Below are positions 61,984 through 64,000 of a DNA stretch of 64,000 nucleotides, one piece after another (positions within the stretch are counted from its first letter, which is position 1; each line of letters starts with the position of its first letter). Source of the DNA: Candidatus Multivoradales bacterium (GTDB taxonomy: Bacteria; Acidobacteriota; Thermoanaerobaculia; Multivoradales; JAHEKO01); assembly GCA_965248055.1 (NCBI GenBank), contig CBDFIJ010000004.1, positions 1,888,001-1,952,000 on the forward strand, read 5' to 3'. The notes below the pieces were generated by a model, which was given only the letters and a program-made list of their open reading frames with translations, was not told where the DNA came from and searched no databases. The translations under genes were made by a program, and so were the position numbers.

Positions 61984-63294
61984 TCAACGCTCGAAGCGGA
62001 GAATTTCTGAAAAAGTCACTAGCGAGGCCCGCAACTGGGCGGCGGTTAGGGTGGCCGGTGGTGTCAATTGCACCACGTTATTGGAGGACAAAACCAGGAA
62101 GCCGCGCCGCCGCGCCAGGACAGCGAAATGGCTTGCCGCCGCTGCGGAGTTCAGGTGAAGGCCTTGTATCGCGCCGCGACCAGAAAGATCCAACGGCAAC
62201 TCTTGCGACTGGCCCCAGTTCTCCAACTGCTCACCCAGGTCGACGGCCCGCGATAGTAAGTCAAGGCGCCGGATTCGTTTGAGGTTGGCGAGCGCTGCAG
62301 CGCAGGCGGGGGGATAGGCGAGGAAGGTTGAGGTATGAACCGCCTCCGGGTGTTGCGAGAAATGGGCAAAGACCTCTTCGCGACCGATCACAGCAGCCAG
62401 TGGAGCGCCTCCAGAAAGCACCTTTCCACAGCACAAGAGGTCGGGGCGAACCGCATCGTGCTCGACGGCGAACCATCGTCCGGTGCGCCCGCCTCCGGTG
62501 AGTACCTCATCGGCGACCACTAGAGTGCCGTGCCGGCGCGCGACCTCGGCCACTTCGGCCAGCCAACCTTCCGCAGGCTTCTGGATTCCCTCTCTTCCCA
62601 CCACCGGCTCGAACAAAACAGCTCCAGGACGGTGACGAGCAAAGGCTCGATCGAGCTCCGACCGAGGAGCCCCGTAGGCGAGGCGGTGGAATCGATGGGC
62701 AGCAAGTAGCGTCTTGAACGGCTCGCGAAAGGCAGGCCGCGAAGTGGCGCCCAGAGCACCGAGACCGAGGCCATGATAGGCAGGATCAAACACCACCACC
62801 TTCTCTCTGCCGGTGTGCAGATAGGCAGCCTTGAGAGCTAGGTCTACGGCGTCGGATCCCGAGATCGCCCAATAGATCCTCGGTTGGTCCACCGGGGCGA
62901 TTGCGGTGAGCTGTGCGGCGAGCCGAGCGCGTAAGGGATGACCGGCAGCGTCGCTCAAGCCGAGCAGTAGTCGGTCGGCTTGTTGTTGAAGCGCGCGCAC
63001 CACCTCGGGCGGGCGATGGCCGCTGAAGGCGACGCCGAAGCCAGCAACCCAGTCGACGTAGCGGTTGCCGTCGACATCGACGACGTTGGCCCCTTTGGCG
63101 GCCGCCAACGACGGCAAGAAATCTCCAGAGGTGGATCCGTGGATTGCTGGCGCCTCGAGCGCCGACAAGGAGGCCACCAACTTGCGCGCCGCGGGCCCGG
63201 GTGGCGCCACGCGCACAGCCGGCAGCCGATCACCGCGGCCCAATAGGCGCTGGTCGCGATCAGACTTGTCGTCGACCTTGGAGCGCACGGGCAA
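61984..63294 (-). CDS. Class III PLP aminotransferase
   Basis: DVDGNRYVD, EPVVGREG, ADEVLTGGGRTG, GKVLSGG. Confidence 0.88.
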   Translation of the reverse strand: MPVRSKVDDKSDRDQRLLGRGDRLPAVRVAPPGPAARKLVASLSALEAPAIHGSTSGDFLPSLAAAKGANVVDVDGNRYVDWVAGFGVAFSGHRPPEVVRALQQQADRLLLGLSDAAGHPLRARLAAQLTAIAPVDQPRIYWAISGSDAVDLALKAAYLHTGREKVVVFDPAYHGLGLGALGATSRPAFREPFKTLLAAHRFHRLAYGAPRSELDRAFARHRPGAVLFEPVVGREGIQKPAEGWLAEVAEVARRHGTLVVADEVLTGGGRTGRWFAVEHDAVRPDLLCCGKVLSGGAPLAAVIGREEVFAHFSQHPEAVHTSTFLAYPPACAAALANLKRIRRLDLLSRAVDLGEQLENWGQSQELPLDLSGRGAIQGLHLNSAAAASHFAVLARRRGFLVLSSNNVVQLTPPATLTAAQLRASLVTFSEILRFER

Positions 63295-63871
63295 GCGTGA
63301 CTTCGTCGGTGTACTCGATATCTCCGCCGACCGGCATGCCGAAGGCGATGCGCGACACGTTGGGTGCCGGGTTGCCGTTGGCTGTTTCTTTGAGTCGGCG
63401 CGAGAGGTACAAGGCGGTGGCTTCTCCCTCGACGTTGGGGTTGGTGGCGAGGATCACCTCTTGGACCGGACCCAGGCGAAGCATCAAGGAGTTGACGGTA
63501 AGGTCTTGCGGCCCGATCCCCCGTTGGGGAGAAATTGCACCGCGCAGCACGTGGTAACGACCGCGAAACCCCGCGCGTTCCAGGGGTTGGATATTGAACG
63601 GCTGCTCCACTACACACAACAGAGCTGGGTCTCGCTCACGATCGGTGCAATAGCGGCAAGGGTCGACGTCGGTGATGGCAAAGCATTGGCTGCAATCAAA
63701 GATCGATTCCTTGACCGACTCAATCGCCGCGGCCAAGGCGTTGGCGTCCGCTGGCGTCACGCGAACTAGGTGATAAGCAAGTCGACTGGCGGTCTTGGGT
63801 CCGACCCCTGGGAGTCGCGCCAGCTCGGCGATCAAACGATTGAGAGATTCCATGGAGTTTTGCGGTGACAC
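63260..63871 (-). CDS. recR: Recombination mediator RecR
   Basis: LPGVGPKTA, CSQC..CRYC, ATNPNVEGEATA. Confidence 0.95.
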   Translation of the reverse strand: MSPQNSMESLNRLIAELARLPGVGPKTASRLAYHLVRVTPADANALAAAIESVKESIFDCSQCFAITDVDPCRYCTDRERDPALLCVVEQPFNIQPLERAGFRGRYHVLRGAISPQRGIGPQDLTVNSLMLRLGPVQEVILATNPNVEGEATALYLSRRLKETANGNPAPNVSRIAFGMPVGGDIEYTDEVTLARALQGRRQV

Positions 63872-63881
63872 TGGTGTCGCG

Positions 63882-64000
63882 CTAAGACATCCCAGGCATG
63901 CCCGGCATCAAGCCGCCGAGCTTGGACTGCATCTGCTCATCGACTTGGCGCCCGGCTTCGTTGACCGCCGCCAAAACCAAATCCTGCAACATTGCGACAT
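63882..64000 (-). CDS. ybaB: YbaB/EbfC nucleoid-associated protein, 3' part (truncated by window edge)
   Basis: ..[36 protein letters not shown], directly upstream of recR. Confidence 0.85.
   Translation of the reverse strand, partial: VAMLQDLVLAAVNEAGRQVDEQMQSKLGGLMPGMPGMS

Noticed and set aside
60858-63769. Long antisense or alternate-frame ORFs over mutY, the aminotransferase and recR
   Set aside because: Typical shadow ORFs in GC-rich DNA, with no motifs

Overview
Bacterial chromosome window, GC-rich, gene-dense. Gene content suggests Acidobacteriota, possibly Thermoanaerobaculia; this is inference only. The right end holds the replication-origin region: ybaB-recR-aminotransferase, mutY, then sppA-dnaA-[DnaA boxes, DnaA-trios]-dnaN-recF-gyrB-gyrA. 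The window shows two independent UGA=selenocysteine read-through genes that the ORF track splits in two. One is a formate dehydrogenase alpha subunit (22163-24949). The other is a membrane-anchored thioredoxin-like UxxC protein (15674-16279). The second gene ends a tightly coupled Hg-type MerR operon (operator, merR, Cys-containing membrane protein, Cys-rich CopZ-NT-like protein, a 34-aa Cys peptide, merT) that has no merA or merP; this is the best candidate for an undescribed system. Other accessory items are two secreted Cys-rich peptide genes, a radical SAM/metallophosphoesterase/flavoprotein trio, a DUF4062-like protein with eight near-identical 120-nt TPR repeats, REP-like palindromes, several short tandem repeats, and a short coupled ORF with an internal amber codon. 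No rRNA, tRNA, CRISPR array or intact transposase was recognised. All family calls come from motif recognition by eye, not from database searches.
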